Of a DNA stretch of 64,000 bases, positions 29,263-39,428 are shown piece by piece (the first letter of the stretch is position 1; every line of letters starts with the position of its first letter). Made by a program: the position numbers and the translations under genes. The DNA is from an uncultured Gammaproteobacteria bacterium (GTDB lineage: Bacteria; Patescibacteriota; Patescibacteriia; Magasanikbacterales; GWA2-37-8), in NCBI GenBank assembly GCA_964510495.1, contig CAZECR010000001.1:3781-67780 (forward strand). Direction: 5' to 3'. The notes beneath the pieces are model-generated. The model ran no database searches. It was not told where the DNA came from and saw nothing but the letters and a program-made list of their open reading frames with translations.

Positions 29263-31068
29263 ATGTCAGAACGTCGACCTAATATTCAAGAAGACTATTA
29301 TCCCGGCAGCAGCGATTACCCCAAGCACAAAAAGGCACCTGATCTGCCAAATTTTTTTGATGCCGCATACCAAGGATTGAACCCTGAACAGCAAGTTATT
29401 TTGAAAGATTTAGTAGAAAAGTGGCGATCAGCCAAAGGTCAAGGTAAACGCGTCTACACTGAAGAACTTAAACTGACCCTAAGGGAATTTGGTGTCTGGC
29501 GTGACGCCGCCTTTGATTTTTTGAACGAAGTAAAACGTCCGTCGGTGAAGAAAGAAACTGCGGTTGCAACTGCCGACCAATCAGAAGAAAAATTGTTGGC
29601 GACGGAAGAAAATTCAGCTATCCATGGTCGTGGTGTGGATCAGCGAACGATAAAAAATATTTTGCCCGATGAGGACAGCGAAGAGGAAGAAGACGCATTC
29701 CCTCAGGAACCGCCTTCGGTTATTGGTTCTCGGCGGTCTGTTGTTAACGAATTTAGTAAAGACTTTGAGGGGAAAGCGCAGTCTCGCCGGCAAGGAATGC
29801 CACATGGACGCGTTCGACGGATTGTGAACAATTCTCAGGTTCAACACATTGGAAAGCATGGTCCCCAGAAGCCTCGCTATAAAGACCACCGCTCGCTTGA
29901 TGGCCGACTCTCGGTAGACGACCAAGCGACTGTGAAGCGTTTTAAAAAAACTCTTGAAATTGAGCACCCGGAGCGCCCGCTGCGTAAGAAACCGCTGCGT
30001 GAGCCCTTACCTATTTTGGCCGATTCCGAGCCGGCTACTGGGCCAAACCCTAAACCTTTTTTAAAACCTGAAGTTACTCCAGCCCAGATGCTGGACCAAA
30101 CACCGCTTGCAGGAAGAGGTTCTTCGCGACCACGAAATACTGGGTCGCGTCCGGCGTATCTTGAACAATTTCCTGATCGTCCGAATTTTTTACATGATGC
30201 GCGCAAAGCCTGGGGTCAGGCAATAGTTGAAAAGCCACCCATTTCTCGAGCTAAGACCGTCTCTTCGAAAGCGGAATCGGCAGTGTTGGAGCATGCCGTA
30301 AGGCCAAGCGAACAGCTGCTGGATGCTGTCGAACAGCCAAGTGACGTGTCTACGACTGAAGCTCGGGAAAGCCATCAAAACTTTTTAGATAAACTAACGT
30401 CGCCGCTGCAGGATTTTTTGGAGCGCCTACGCGGTCGAGAGCGTGATTTGCGTTCAAAGGAAGCAAATGAAAAAAAAGTCGCGCTACGTTTTCGAATACA
30501 TCTTGAATGCGACCGTCCGTTTCAATTTCCGTCGAGCCCTGAAATGTATCCAACCGAGGCTGAACATACACACAAGCGACAAGAGTTGGCAGCAAAGCTC
30601 GGCATGACGGCGGTGCGCTACGGCTCTGCCGAAGACAAATTGCTCGAAGGGATTACAACGTTACTTCTTGCTCGTTTGGGCGGTAGTAAGGATGTTATGT
30701 ATTATGCAACTGATGATGAGCTCAAAAAGGTTTGTGCGCAGCTACGCGGTTTAGGATTAAAAATCCGTACTGAAAAGGCTCCTGTAGTGGAGTTTGATCC
30801 GCGCCGGAGATATAAACTTGTTGTACAAGGACTTTCAGAGCAGGGTCAAAATTATAAGATTAGTTATGTTAAAACTATTCGTGAAGTCTTGGGAATATCG
30901 ACGCTCGAAGCAAAATTAATTGTCGATATGCAGGTGGCGATGGAAAAATCTACTCAGCCCATGCCCACAGAATTACCTGGTCGCTTCGATGGTACTCGAG
31001 TGCGTGCGATTGAAGAAGCACTGCTTGCAGCAGGTGCAAAATCCGTGCAGATTCAGCCCGTTGCTTAA
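29263..31068 (+). CDS. Orphan protein with C-terminal ribosomal L7/L12-CTD-like domain
   Basis: KISYVKTIREVLGISTLEAKLIVD...EEALLAAGA after a long disordered region. Confidence 0.7.
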   Translation: MSERRPNIQEDYYPGSSDYPKHKKAPDLPNFFDAAYQGLNPEQQVILKDLVEKWRSAKGQGKRVYTEELKLTLREFGVWRDAAFDFLNEVKRPSVKKETAVATADQSEEKLLATEENSAIHGRGVDQRTIKNILPDEDSEEEEDAFPQEPPSVIGSRRSVVNEFSKDFEGKAQSRRQGMPHGRVRRIVNNSQVQHIGKHGPQKPRYKDHRSLDGRLSVDDQATVKRFKKTLEIEHPERPLRKKPLREPLPILADSEPATGPNPKPFLKPEVTPAQMLDQTPLAGRGSSRPRNTGSRPAYLEQFPDRPNFLHDARKAWGQAIVEKPPISRAKTVSSKAESAVLEHAVRPSEQLLDAVEQPSDVSTTEARESHQNFLDKLTSPLQDFLERLRGRERDLRSKEANEKKVALRFRIHLECDRPFQFPSSPEMYPTEAEHTHKRQELAAKLGMTAVRYGSAEDKLLEGITTLLLARLGGSKDVMYYATDDELKKVCAQLRGLGLKIRTEKAPVVEFDPRRRYKLVVQGLSEQGQNYKISYVKTIREVLGISTLEAKLIVDMQVAMEKSTQPMPTELPGRFDGTRVRAIEEALLAAGAKSVQIQPVA

Positions 31069-32210
31069 AGTACGCTTAAAAAGTGCCGAGCGGCTTTTTC
31101 CCACGTATATTTTTTTACCTGCTCTAAACCGTCTCTGCGGAGGCGGTTTTTTAGTTCGGGATTTCTGGTTAAACGAATGAGTGCTTCGGCGATTGTCCAG
31201 GGTTTATTGGGGTTGCTATAATACGCGGCTTTCTCGGCGATTTCGGGTAGGGATGAGCGGTTCGAGGTGATAACTGGCGTGCCACTGCCCATAGCTTCAA
31301 TGACCGGGAAACCAAAACCTTCATAAAAACTGGGGTATACAAATAGTTCGGCCAGGCTGTAGAGCGCCTGTTTATCCGCTGCTTCCACAAAACCAATATA
31401 TACGATGCGGTTTTTAAACGGTGAAGTGGAGAGGTGCTTAAAAATAGGCTTGTTTTCCCACCCGACAGAGCCGGCAATAACCAGTGAGAGATCGTTGGGT
31501 AGCTGTGGTGCAGCTTGTTCGAAGCCTTCAATCAGGCCCAAAATATTTTTGCGCGGTTCGATGCTCCCTAAAAATAAAATATATTTTTTTGGTAGAGCAT
31601 ATTTTGTACGGATTGTTTCGTCGGTGGTTGCCTGTGGAAGTAAGCGCGGCAGAGGAGCAAGTCCGTGTGGAATAACAGTGATGGTTGCCGGGTTGCTATG
31701 GTACGCTGCAATCAAATCACGTTTAGTGTTTTCGGAAGGCGCTAGAATATGCTGGGCATTGCGGCAGCTTACTTGTGGTTTAATTGCCCAGTGCCATAAG
31801 CGCTGTTTTTTGGAAAAGAACTGTGGAAAAAACTCAAATGAAAGATCGTGAATTGTTAGAATGTGCTTCGTTTTTTTGGATAAGGCCGTAAAGTTGAGGT
31901 TGGGTGAAAAAAAATAATCGAGCCCTGAAATTTTTTCGTGCTTGATAATAAGTTCGTCGATTTTGGGAAAATGAAATAGCTTGGTCGCAGTGTTAAAAAG
32001 TTTATTGGGATAGTGGGTGATAATGAAGTGAACATTGCTTTGCTGCCAGACAGGCAATAGAGCGGTAAGTCTCGGTTTGGAATTGGCAAACAAATAGTAC
32101 TGATTCACCGTGTCAATCGCAAAAAGCGCGTTGAGGAGTTCAAACGTGTATTCGCCAACCCCGGTGCGAACAGGAGAAGCGAGGGAACGAATGTCGATAC
32201 CGATGTGCAT
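31065..32210 (-). CDS. Glycosyltransferase family 4 (GT-B)
   Basis: IGIDIR..TGVGEY, GSIEPRKN, PSFYEGFGFPVIEAM. Confidence 0.95.
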   Translation of the reverse strand: MHIGIDIRSLASPVRTGVGEYTFELLNALFAIDTVNQYYLFANSKPRLTALLPVWQQSNVHFIITHYPNKLFNTATKLFHFPKIDELIIKHEKISGLDYFFSPNLNFTALSKKTKHILTIHDLSFEFFPQFFSKKQRLWHWAIKPQVSCRNAQHILAPSENTKRDLIAAYHSNPATITVIPHGLAPLPRLLPQATTDETIRTKYALPKKYILFLGSIEPRKNILGLIEGFEQAAPQLPNDLSLVIAGSVGWENKPIFKHLSTSPFKNRIVYIGFVEAADKQALYSLAELFVYPSFYEGFGFPVIEAMGSGTPVITSNRSSLPEIAEKAAYYSNPNKPWTIAEALIRLTRNPELKNRLRRDGLEQVKKYTWEKAARHFLSVL

Positions 32211-32265
32211 AATACAGATTGACGTTCAAAAATTGTCGTGGTTTACTTTGGCGTATGGAGGATCT

Positions 32266-32442
32266 ATGAGTGAAAAACCGCCTGTGCCACAGGGCAATGA
32301 AGTTATTCCGGCTGGTATACTTCCGCCGGAGAAAACCACCTTGGGGGTGGGCGGTGATAAACAGCCCACCCCCGAAGCTCTTTCAGAGCAGCTCGCACGT
32401 GAGCGCGGTCACGCTGAGCCGCGACCCGACGGGTTGTTCTAG
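32266..32442 (+). CDS. Small Pro-rich protein, SD-led, opposite strand between two glycosyltransferases
   Basis: TTGACG at 32219, GGAGG-atct-ATG, 58 aa, hairpin agggtcgc/gcgaccct plus T tract at 32463-32500. Confidence 0.6.
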   Translation: MSEKPPVPQGNEVIPAGILPPEKTTLGVGGDKQPTPEALSEQLARERGHAEPRPDGLF

Positions 32443-32498
32443 CCGCGGCTTGGCCGCTTTCCAGGGTCGCCACGACATGTGTGCGACCCTTTCCTTTT

Positions 32499-33617
32499 TT
32501 ACACCAGTGTTGTTTGATTTAATTTTTTCTTAAATTCTTCGTAACGGTCATCAACATATTTTTTAATACTTGTCTTGAAAGCGTTATTTGAAAATTTTAG
32601 GGCGTGTTCTCGGATATGGGTACTGTCCCAGCCTTCCGAAGTGAAGTGGAGTACGGCGTTCAAGAGTGACTCCCAATTTTGTTCGTAGAAAAATTCACCC
32701 GTATCATGAGCAACAACGGTTTCGGTGGCACCTCCCGCAGCAAAGGCGATAACTGGCCTACCACTTGCGAGTGACTCAACGGGAGTAATGCCGAAATCTT
32801 CGAGTTGCGGATGGATAAAGGCCTGAGCCCGGCTAAGAAGTTTGGCTTTGGCCGCGTCATCAATACGGCCCAGGAATTCAATATTAGGCCGGGCTTGTTT
32901 TTGAAGATTTTTAAGCTCTGGACCCGTACCAAAAATTTTAAGTGGGTACCGCAGACGATTAAACGCCTGAACAACCAGGTCAAGGCGTTTGTAGGGAACC
33001 AGACGACCGCCAGCGACAAAATAATCGTCTACTTCGGGCGAAATAGTAAAGCGTTCGGTGTCGACTGGTGGGTAGATAACGTCACTGGTGCGACGATAAT
33101 ATTTTTGAATACGACCCTCAACTGTGTGTGAGTTGGCAATAAAATGATCGACGCGGTCAGCGCTCATTTTATCCCATAGGCGCAGGCGAAAAATAATCTG
33201 AGGCAAAAATGCTTTTACGAGCCAATTGGAATTAAGGTCGGCTAAGTATTCATGCCGATCACTCCAGAGATATCGTGGGGGAGTGTGGCAATACGAAATG
33301 TGCAGTGTTTCGGGGGGTACAATCACGCCTTTGGCGAAGGCGCTGGTTGACGAGATGACAAGATCAAAATCGTTGAGATTATAGTTTTCGGTTGCGTTCG
33401 GCATCCAGGGTAAATACCACTGGTAATGGCTTTTTACAAAAGGAAGCTTGGCCAGCCACGATTCGCGAATAAGGTGCTTGGGAAAGGAGCTGATTTTTTT
33501 AGGATCATGAAACAAAACAAAGAGTGGTGCGTTGGGCCACAGTTCGTGAAGTGTTTGTAGTACCCGCTCCGCCCCTCCGTCTTGAGCAAGATAATCGTGT
33601 ACTAAAGCTAATTTCAT
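32499..33617 (-). CDS. Glycosyltransferase family 4 (GT-B)
   Basis: LVHDYL..GGAERV, YCHTPPRYLW, EDFGITPVE. Confidence 0.95.
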   Translation of the reverse strand: MKLALVHDYLAQDGGAERVLQTLHELWPNAPLFVLFHDPKKISSFPKHLIRESWLAKLPFVKSHYQWYLPWMPNATENYNLNDFDLVISSTSAFAKGVIVPPETLHISYCHTPPRYLWSDRHEYLADLNSNWLVKAFLPQIIFRLRLWDKMSADRVDHFIANSHTVEGRIQKYYRRTSDVIYPPVDTERFTISPEVDDYFVAGGRLVPYKRLDLVVQAFNRLRYPLKIFGTGPELKNLQKQARPNIEFLGRIDDAAKAKLLSRAQAFIHPQLEDFGITPVESLASGRPVIAFAAGGATETVVAHDTGEFFYEQNWESLLNAVLHFTSEGWDSTHIREHALKFSNNAFKTSIKKYVDDRYEEFKKKLNQTTLV

Positions 33618-35035
33618 ACAATCGCACCGTCTTTTTTGACAACAATGAAAGGTGTTTTAACGAGAATAATCAGGTCGAGGAATAAATTCCAGTTTTCAAT
33701 ATAGAATGTATCGAGGCGAACTTCGTCTTCAAAACTGAGATTGCTCCGCCCGGAAATTTGAGCGAGTCCGGAAATACCGGGTTTAATGGCGAGAACAATG
33801 CGGTGATGCTTTTGATATTGTTCAACTTCACGCGGTTGGTGGGGGCGTGGCCCGACCAGGCTCATGTCGCCGCGTAAGACATTGTAGAATTGCGGTAATT
33901 CATCCAAGCTCCAGCGGCGAATAAAACGGCCAAACGGGGTGATGCGAGGGTCGTTTTTAATTTTATAGACCGGCCCGGTTTTGATACTATTGGTTTTGAT
34001 TAGTTTTTTTTCTTCTTTAAGAGCAAGATCCCCATCTTTTCCGAATTGTTCACCGGTGCAATATTTCTGGTACATGGAACGGAATTTGAGGGTAGAGAAC
34101 GTGCCGCCTCTTTGTCCGACGCGCGTATTTTTGTAAATGATCGGAGTACCGCTTTCAACTAAAATAATCAGACTTACGATGATATAAATGGGCCAAAATA
34201 TAAGTAGGAAAATAAGACTGCCGACAATATCAATCAGGCGTTTAATAATTCGCCCCCAGGCAGTCAGGCGCGTGCGGCGCAGTTCAATAATCGGAATTCC
34301 AGCGATAGTCGACACTGCCGTGTTGGTCGCGATGGTTGCAAAAAGGTCGGCTGAATATTTAAAAATAATATGATGTTCATTGGCAAAATCAATGGCGCGC
34401 AAAACTTCTTCTTCACTCTTTTGTGGATTAGTAAAAATGATTTCATCTGGTAGTTTGCCTTTGAGACGCTTGAGTGCGCTCGGATCAAAATGATCGAACG
34501 TGCCAACGATAGCGTAGCCAAGGTGTGGTTCATTCCGGAGTGTTTCAATAATGCTCTCGGCGATAGCCTGACTACCAATGATTACTGTTTGGCGAAGGCC
34601 AATACCGGAGCGGTACAAAAGTGCTTTGAGGCCACGAATGACGAGACGGCCAAAGATAACATAGAGCATGGCAAGTATCCAGCCGATCAAAACAAGAAAA
34701 CGAGAGTCAAATTTTTGGAGCGTGAAGAAAACATAAATAGTAATAGCGGCAAATCCGGTTGAACAGGCGCTAATAATGCGGGTGATCTCGCGAGAAAATT
34801 TGCGATTGGGGTTGGTACTGTATAATCCGGAAATGCTAAAAAGCACTAACCAGGCCAATCCGACCCAGAGCACTGTTTGTGTGTAGCGTGACCAGGAGAG
34901 GGCGAAGAGTACCGGTCGAACTGCTGTAACCGTAGGATGAAAACGTAAAATATAAGCGCTAATACCTGCTAAAATAAGCATGAGATAATCAACAGGTAGT
35001 TGGAGGAACGTAAATGTAAGTTCAAAACGCTTCAT
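33614..35035 (-). CDS. Polyprenyl glycosylphosphotransferase (WcaJ/WbaP-like sugar transferase)
   Basis: KFRSM, DPRITPFGRFIRRWSLDELPQ, GDMSLVGPRP, KPGISGLAQ. Confidence 0.95.
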   Translation of the reverse strand: MKRFELTFTFLQLPVDYLMLILAGISAYILRFHPTVTAVRPVLFALSWSRYTQTVLWVGLAWLVLFSISGLYSTNPNRKFSREITRIISACSTGFAAITIYVFFTLQKFDSRFLVLIGWILAMLYVIFGRLVIRGLKALLYRSGIGLRQTVIIGSQAIAESIIETLRNEPHLGYAIVGTFDHFDPSALKRLKGKLPDEIIFTNPQKSEEEVLRAIDFANEHHIIFKYSADLFATIATNTAVSTIAGIPIIELRRTRLTAWGRIIKRLIDIVGSLIFLLIFWPIYIIVSLIILVESGTPIIYKNTRVGQRGGTFSTLKFRSMYQKYCTGEQFGKDGDLALKEEKKLIKTNSIKTGPVYKIKNDPRITPFGRFIRRWSLDELPQFYNVLRGDMSLVGPRPHQPREVEQYQKHHRIVLAIKPGISGLAQISGRSNLSFEDEVRLDTFYIENWNLFLDLIILVKTPFIVVKKDGAIV

Positions 35036-35126
35036 AGCCCCCTGGTTTTACGAAAAAATAACGAAAATCTGCACCTATTGTATGCTAAGCAGCTATAAGC
35101 GTCAATCAGTTTTTAGGAGTAACGAC

Positions 35127-35150
35127 AAAACCTTCCCGAAGGAAGGTTTT
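35127..35150 (-). terminator. Terminator downstream of RNase P RNA
   Basis: aaaaccttcc-cgaa-ggaaggtttt. Confidence 0.7.
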
Positions 35151-35153
35151 GCG

Positions 35154-35608
35154 CCATTATTATAAGCCGAATTTTGTTCCCATCTTGCGAGGGGCGATAA
35201 TCATTTCTCTGGTTCGGCCATTGCTGGCCGAATCTAGCGAGCGAACTTTTCGCGCCACTTTTACTGCGTCTCTCGGGCGCTCGTAACAGGCACGCTGCTC
35301 TTGCACCAGATAGGGTTTAGCACTGCTCTATTTCGCAATAGAGCGAGTATGGTAGCTTTGATCTCGAGAATCAGAACCTCCATACACTTTTCACCTTTTG
35401 TCCCGACGAAAGCCTGCCTATCAGCAGGTACACGGGATTAGTATTGTCTCTGTGCCACTGTCCCGCTCCGAAACTTTACAGCTCGGAGGGTGGGGGTTAC
35501 CCACTATCCTTGTCCATTCTTCAAAAACCGGCCAGGTGGCCTATTTTTGGATCAAATGGGGTGTTCGGACTTTCCTCTCCGGTTTAAGGGAGCGATTATC
35601 CATAATGG
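35154..35608 (-). ncRNA. rnpB: RNase P RNA
   Basis: Minus strand has GAGGAAAGTCCGAACAC near the 5' end and ACAAAATTCGGCTTAT near the 3' end; P1 ccattat/ataatgg; TTGACA...TATACT promoter upstream. Confidence 0.93.
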
Positions 35609-35728
35609 AAGCTGCTAGTATACTATAAAGCACTGCTCATGTCAATCGTTTGGGAGGTGAGTTTGTCAATAGTCAAAACTGATTTTTTACGGTATACTTA
35701 CGCTATAGATTAAACTTCCATTTTTAGT

Positions 35729-36685
35729 GTGCTTAATATTTATAATGCTAATAATCATGAGACAACGTCCGAGGTGGGGCGTCCGTTAGCGTTGCAAAAA
35801 AAAGCAGATTATCAAAAATATACTGATCCGACAGGGGAATTTAGCGGGCAAGAATTAAAGTATAGTTTTTGGTATGTGCGACACCGTCTCGCGCTCTATA
35901 AGATAATAATTGGAGCCTTGCTCGCGGTGTCGGCGGTTACCGCCCTGTACTCGCTTTTTCAGCTTGGAAATTATCTTATTTTTGGCTTACAAGAAAGTAG
36001 TGCTGTCGACAAAGGATTAACGAGCTTTGAAAATTATGCAGCGATGCAAGATCGTTTTGCTCCTCAACCGATCCAGGTGATTGATACGGCTGTTTTTCCG
36101 GGGGGTAGTGGTAAGTATGATTTTGTGGCCGAAGCGAGTAATCCGAATAGTAATTTTGTTGTGACGTTTGAATATTATTTTACCTATAATTCTAATCAAA
36201 AAACACCTTCTGAAACCACTACGTTGCTGGCAGGAGAATCACGGCCAATTCCATACCTTGGCCTGGAGGCTGATGGTTACCCAAGCTCAGCTGCAATTGT
36301 AATCGAACGTATTGCTTGGAAACGTTTGTCGGGGCACGAGTATTTGGATCCGGCAGCCTTTCAAAGTACACGACTTAATTTCTTGGTCAGTAACTTTGTT
36401 TTTATTTCGGGCACAGATGGGGCGGTGGCGAATGCGGATAGTATTCAATTTAGTTTAACCAACCAGAGTGCCTATAGTTATAAGTCTGCTCGATTCTATG
36501 TAGGGCTTTATTTAGATCAAAATTTGGTAGGAATAGCGCCGCTCACTATCGATGCATTTAAATCACTTGAAACAAAACAGGTGGACTTACGTAGCTTTGG
36601 AGCAAATCTCACTGTTACTGATGTGCGCATATTTCCGCTCATTAATACGTATGATGCGGAGGTGTACCTACCGCCTGATAGATAG
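35729..36685 (+). CDS. Hypothetical membrane-anchored protein
   Basis: One TM then a beta-rich domain; start codon uncertain. Confidence 0.75.
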   Translation: MLNIYNANNHETTSEVGRPLALQKKADYQKYTDPTGEFSGQELKYSFWYVRHRLALYKIIIGALLAVSAVTALYSLFQLGNYLIFGLQESSAVDKGLTSFENYAAMQDRFAPQPIQVIDTAVFPGGSGKYDFVAEASNPNSNFVVTFEYYFTYNSNQKTPSETTTLLAGESRPIPYLGLEADGYPSSAAIVIERIAWKRLSGHEYLDPAAFQSTRLNFLVSNFVFISGTDGAVANADSIQFSLTNQSAYSYKSARFYVGLYLDQNLVGIAPLTIDAFKSLETKQVDLRSFGANLTVTDVRIFPLINTYDAEVYLPPDR

Positions 36686-36723
36686 GTGATCTGGTCTCTG
36701 GTTATTTTTGATGTCTGACGGAT

Positions 36724-37818
36724 ATGCTGAATTTTCATAAATTTTCTTCACGCAGTTTTGATTGGATTTTAATGATTGCCGTACTCCTCCTTATCGCTAT
36801 GGGAATGGAGGCGGTGTATAGCGTCGACTTGTCGAGGGGGCCAGAATTAGTTTTGTTTAAAAAACAATTTATTGCGTTTGGTATTGGTATGGTGTTGGTG
36901 GTTTTTGCCAGCATGCTTCACTATAGCTGGTTTCGTTCTGGGGCAAAACTGGCCTACGCGTTTGCCTTGTTTTTACTAGGCTTTGTATTAGTGTTTGGTC
37001 AGACAATTCGCGGTACACGTGGGTGGTTTGTTTTAGGCGGCTTTTCTTTTCAACCGGTTGAATTTGCCAAAGTAGCCATTATTTTGATTTTGGCTGCTGT
37101 AGTAGCTCATTTTGGACGTCGTTTTGAACGGCCGCTTTTCTTTTTTGGTACTGGTGCGATGGCGCTCATTATGATGGTGCTCGTCATGAGCCAGCCAGAC
37201 CTAGGTTCGGCAGTTTTGATTGGTACGATTTGGTTTGGCCTCATGTATTTAGTTGGTGCACGCGCCAGACATATTGGAGGGCTTGTTGTGGTGGGCTTGT
37301 TTTTTTCAGTTGTCGCTTGGTTTTTTTTATTGCAGCCCTATCAAAAAGATCGTCTGCTCAATTTCGTTCATCCTGATCGTGACCCGCTTGATACTGGTTA
37401 TAATGTGACGCAATCAACCATTGCGGTCGGAGCCGGAAAATTATTTGGTCGCGGCCTTGGTTTTGGTTCGCAGAGTCAATTACGTTTTTTGCCTGAAGCT
37501 CAGACTGACTTTGTTTTTTCAGTTATTGGTGAAGAGCTGGGGTTTGCTGGTTCGGCCATTCTGGTTATTCTCTATGGCGTCATGCTCTGGCGTTTGGTAA
37601 TTATTATGAAAGATACCAACGATGATTTTGTGTCGGCAACGATCGCAGGGATTATTGTGCTTTTTTCGAGTCAATTTTTTATTAATATTGGGGCCGAGAT
37701 TGGGCTTTTGCCGGTAACCGGGGTAACCTTGCCGTTTGTCAGTTATGGCGGGTCTTCGCTTATGATTAATCTCTTGCTGATTGGGATTGCGGAGAGCATG
37801 GTGGTAAAGAAGTATTAA
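36724..37818 (+). CDS. rodA: Rod shape-determining protein RodA (SEDS family)
   Basis: QPVEFAK, QPDLGSA, YQKDRL, FLPEAQTDFVFS..GEELG, LPFVSYGGSS. Confidence 0.93.
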   Translation: MLNFHKFSSRSFDWILMIAVLLLIAMGMEAVYSVDLSRGPELVLFKKQFIAFGIGMVLVVFASMLHYSWFRSGAKLAYAFALFLLGFVLVFGQTIRGTRGWFVLGGFSFQPVEFAKVAIILILAAVVAHFGRRFERPLFFFGTGAMALIMMVLVMSQPDLGSAVLIGTIWFGLMYLVGARARHIGGLVVVGLFFSVVAWFFLLQPYQKDRLLNFVHPDRDPLDTGYNVTQSTIAVGAGKLFGRGLGFGSQSQLRFLPEAQTDFVFSVIGEELGFAGSAILVILYGVMLWRLVIIMKDTNDDFVSATIAGIIVLFSSQFFINIGAEIGLLPVTGVTLPFVSYGGSSLMINLLLIGIAESMVVKKY

Positions 37819-37828
37819 AAAAAGCCAT

Positions 37829-39247
37829 CTATTTAGATGGCTTTTTTTTATTTCCGAATTTACCCGCGAAGGCTGCTTGAAATGAACTGAGGTCGGCTGG
37901 TGCGGCAGCTGTTGTCGGTTCTGGTGTCGGGGTTGATTCGGCCCTGGGTGTAGCAACCGGAGTTTCCTTTGGCGCGCGACTTCTTTCTAGTCGCTCGTAG
38001 AGCTTATCGAGTTGGGCTTGAGTGGTACGCGGCTCGCCGAGCGCATCTTGAGTGTCAAAAAAAAGTCTGGTGTCTCGCGTCGGATGTTGGGCGACAAATT
38101 CGGCGAGTGCTGGACGAATTTTTTGTCGCTTTTCTTTTTCCCGTTCTTTATAGTTTAATTGTTCATGTATTTCAGCGAGATAGGCGCGTGCTTTAGTTTC
38201 ACAATCCTCCAGTGTTGCCTTGGAAATCCAGTCGTTACCTTCGGCATAGGCTTCTTCTGCTTTCGAAAAAGCGCTTTTTGCCTCAAAGTCTAGGTTGCTG
38301 AAATAACCCAGCGAACCTTTGCTCTCAACGAGCTTTCTTTGGGTCGCTGCCTCTTCGAGGATAGTCTGAATGTCCTTAAGTCGTTTGGGAATTTCGGCAT
38401 ATTCTCCCTTGGTTGGGTCGGTTGCTTCAAGACGCGTTGCGACAAGCTCGTTGCATTTTGGCAAACTATTTTTAATAGCAAAAAAAGCTTCCTCATTTTT
38501 AGTGTATGCTTCTACTGTTTCTGGGTACTCTGATTCGGCGGCGATCTCTTCGGATACGGTCAGTTCTTTTTGCACATACCCCTCCAGCTCTTGTAGGTAC
38601 TGAAGTTTTTTGGTCAAACATTTTCGCTGAAGGGCGATTGGCTGTTCACGTTCTTCGACAGTAAGGGCAGCGCTTGTCTCAACAAATACCGGTACCCCTT
38701 CGTCGCTAATCAGGTAAACATCTTCAATGGATTTATACGCTTCACTGGAAAATTTTAATCCCCAGTCATTCTCTTCACCTGCGGCAATTTGTCGATATAC
38801 AAAACAAATCTTAGGCTTTTCGCTGCGAGCGAGTGATTCTGTCTGAAGAATGGTTTCAGACCAGAGTGCTAAGAGGGAAGTAATATTAAGTGAGCCTTCT
38901 CTGCCCTGTGCGTGTTCGTCGGGCATGAGTTCTTGAAGTACTCTTGAGAGCATCTCGTCATCCAATCGTTTGGCAACAGGGCGGATGCAATGTGGGCTTT
39001 CGGTGCGCCCTCCCGAGGTGGTTCGTGCAAAATCTGCGACGGGCAGTTTTATAAAATCATCACGGTCGGGCCTCATGCCCTTTTTTTTGATCGCTAGGGT
39101 CATATTGAGGTGTTCGTCCTGGTAACCACGCATTTCCAGTGATCCTATATCAAAATCAGCGCCTTCGCTAATCAAACGAGCAATTTCTTCAGGTGAATGT
39201 TTTGGTTGTTCGTGCAGCTCGTGTGGCTGAGGAGATTCTCTCATCAT
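37829..39247 (-). CDS. Hypothetical orphan protein with coiled-coil C-terminal half
   Basis: 472-aa Glu-rich ORF. Confidence 0.8.
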   Translation of the reverse strand: MMRESPQPHELHEQPKHSPEEIARLISEGADFDIGSLEMRGYQDEHLNMTLAIKKKGMRPDRDDFIKLPVADFARTTSGGRTESPHCIRPVAKRLDDEMLSRVLQELMPDEHAQGREGSLNITSLLALWSETILQTESLARSEKPKICFVYRQIAAGEENDWGLKFSSEAYKSIEDVYLISDEGVPVFVETSAALTVEEREQPIALQRKCLTKKLQYLQELEGYVQKELTVSEEIAAESEYPETVEAYTKNEEAFFAIKNSLPKCNELVATRLEATDPTKGEYAEIPKRLKDIQTILEEAATQRKLVESKGSLGYFSNLDFEAKSAFSKAEEAYAEGNDWISKATLEDCETKARAYLAEIHEQLNYKEREKEKRQKIRPALAEFVAQHPTRDTRLFFDTQDALGEPRTTQAQLDKLYERLERSRAPKETPVATPRAESTPTPEPTTAAAPADLSSFQAAFAGKFGNKKKPSK

Positions 39248-39428
39248 ATAACCGGGTAAATGAGTTTAGATTTTTAAATTGTCACCAGTCAAATGTGGTT
39301 CTATATGTAGACGATACTATAAAAACTGAACTTGTTCAATCCTGGGCCATTTTAAAATTGTCGGTGAGGAGTTGCCTAGAGCGAGGTGGTAAAAAATAAA
39401 ACGACTCGTCGTGAGTCGTTTTAAAAGT

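Noticed and set aside
35398-35628. 76-aa ORF
   Set aside because: Antisense to RNase P RNA.
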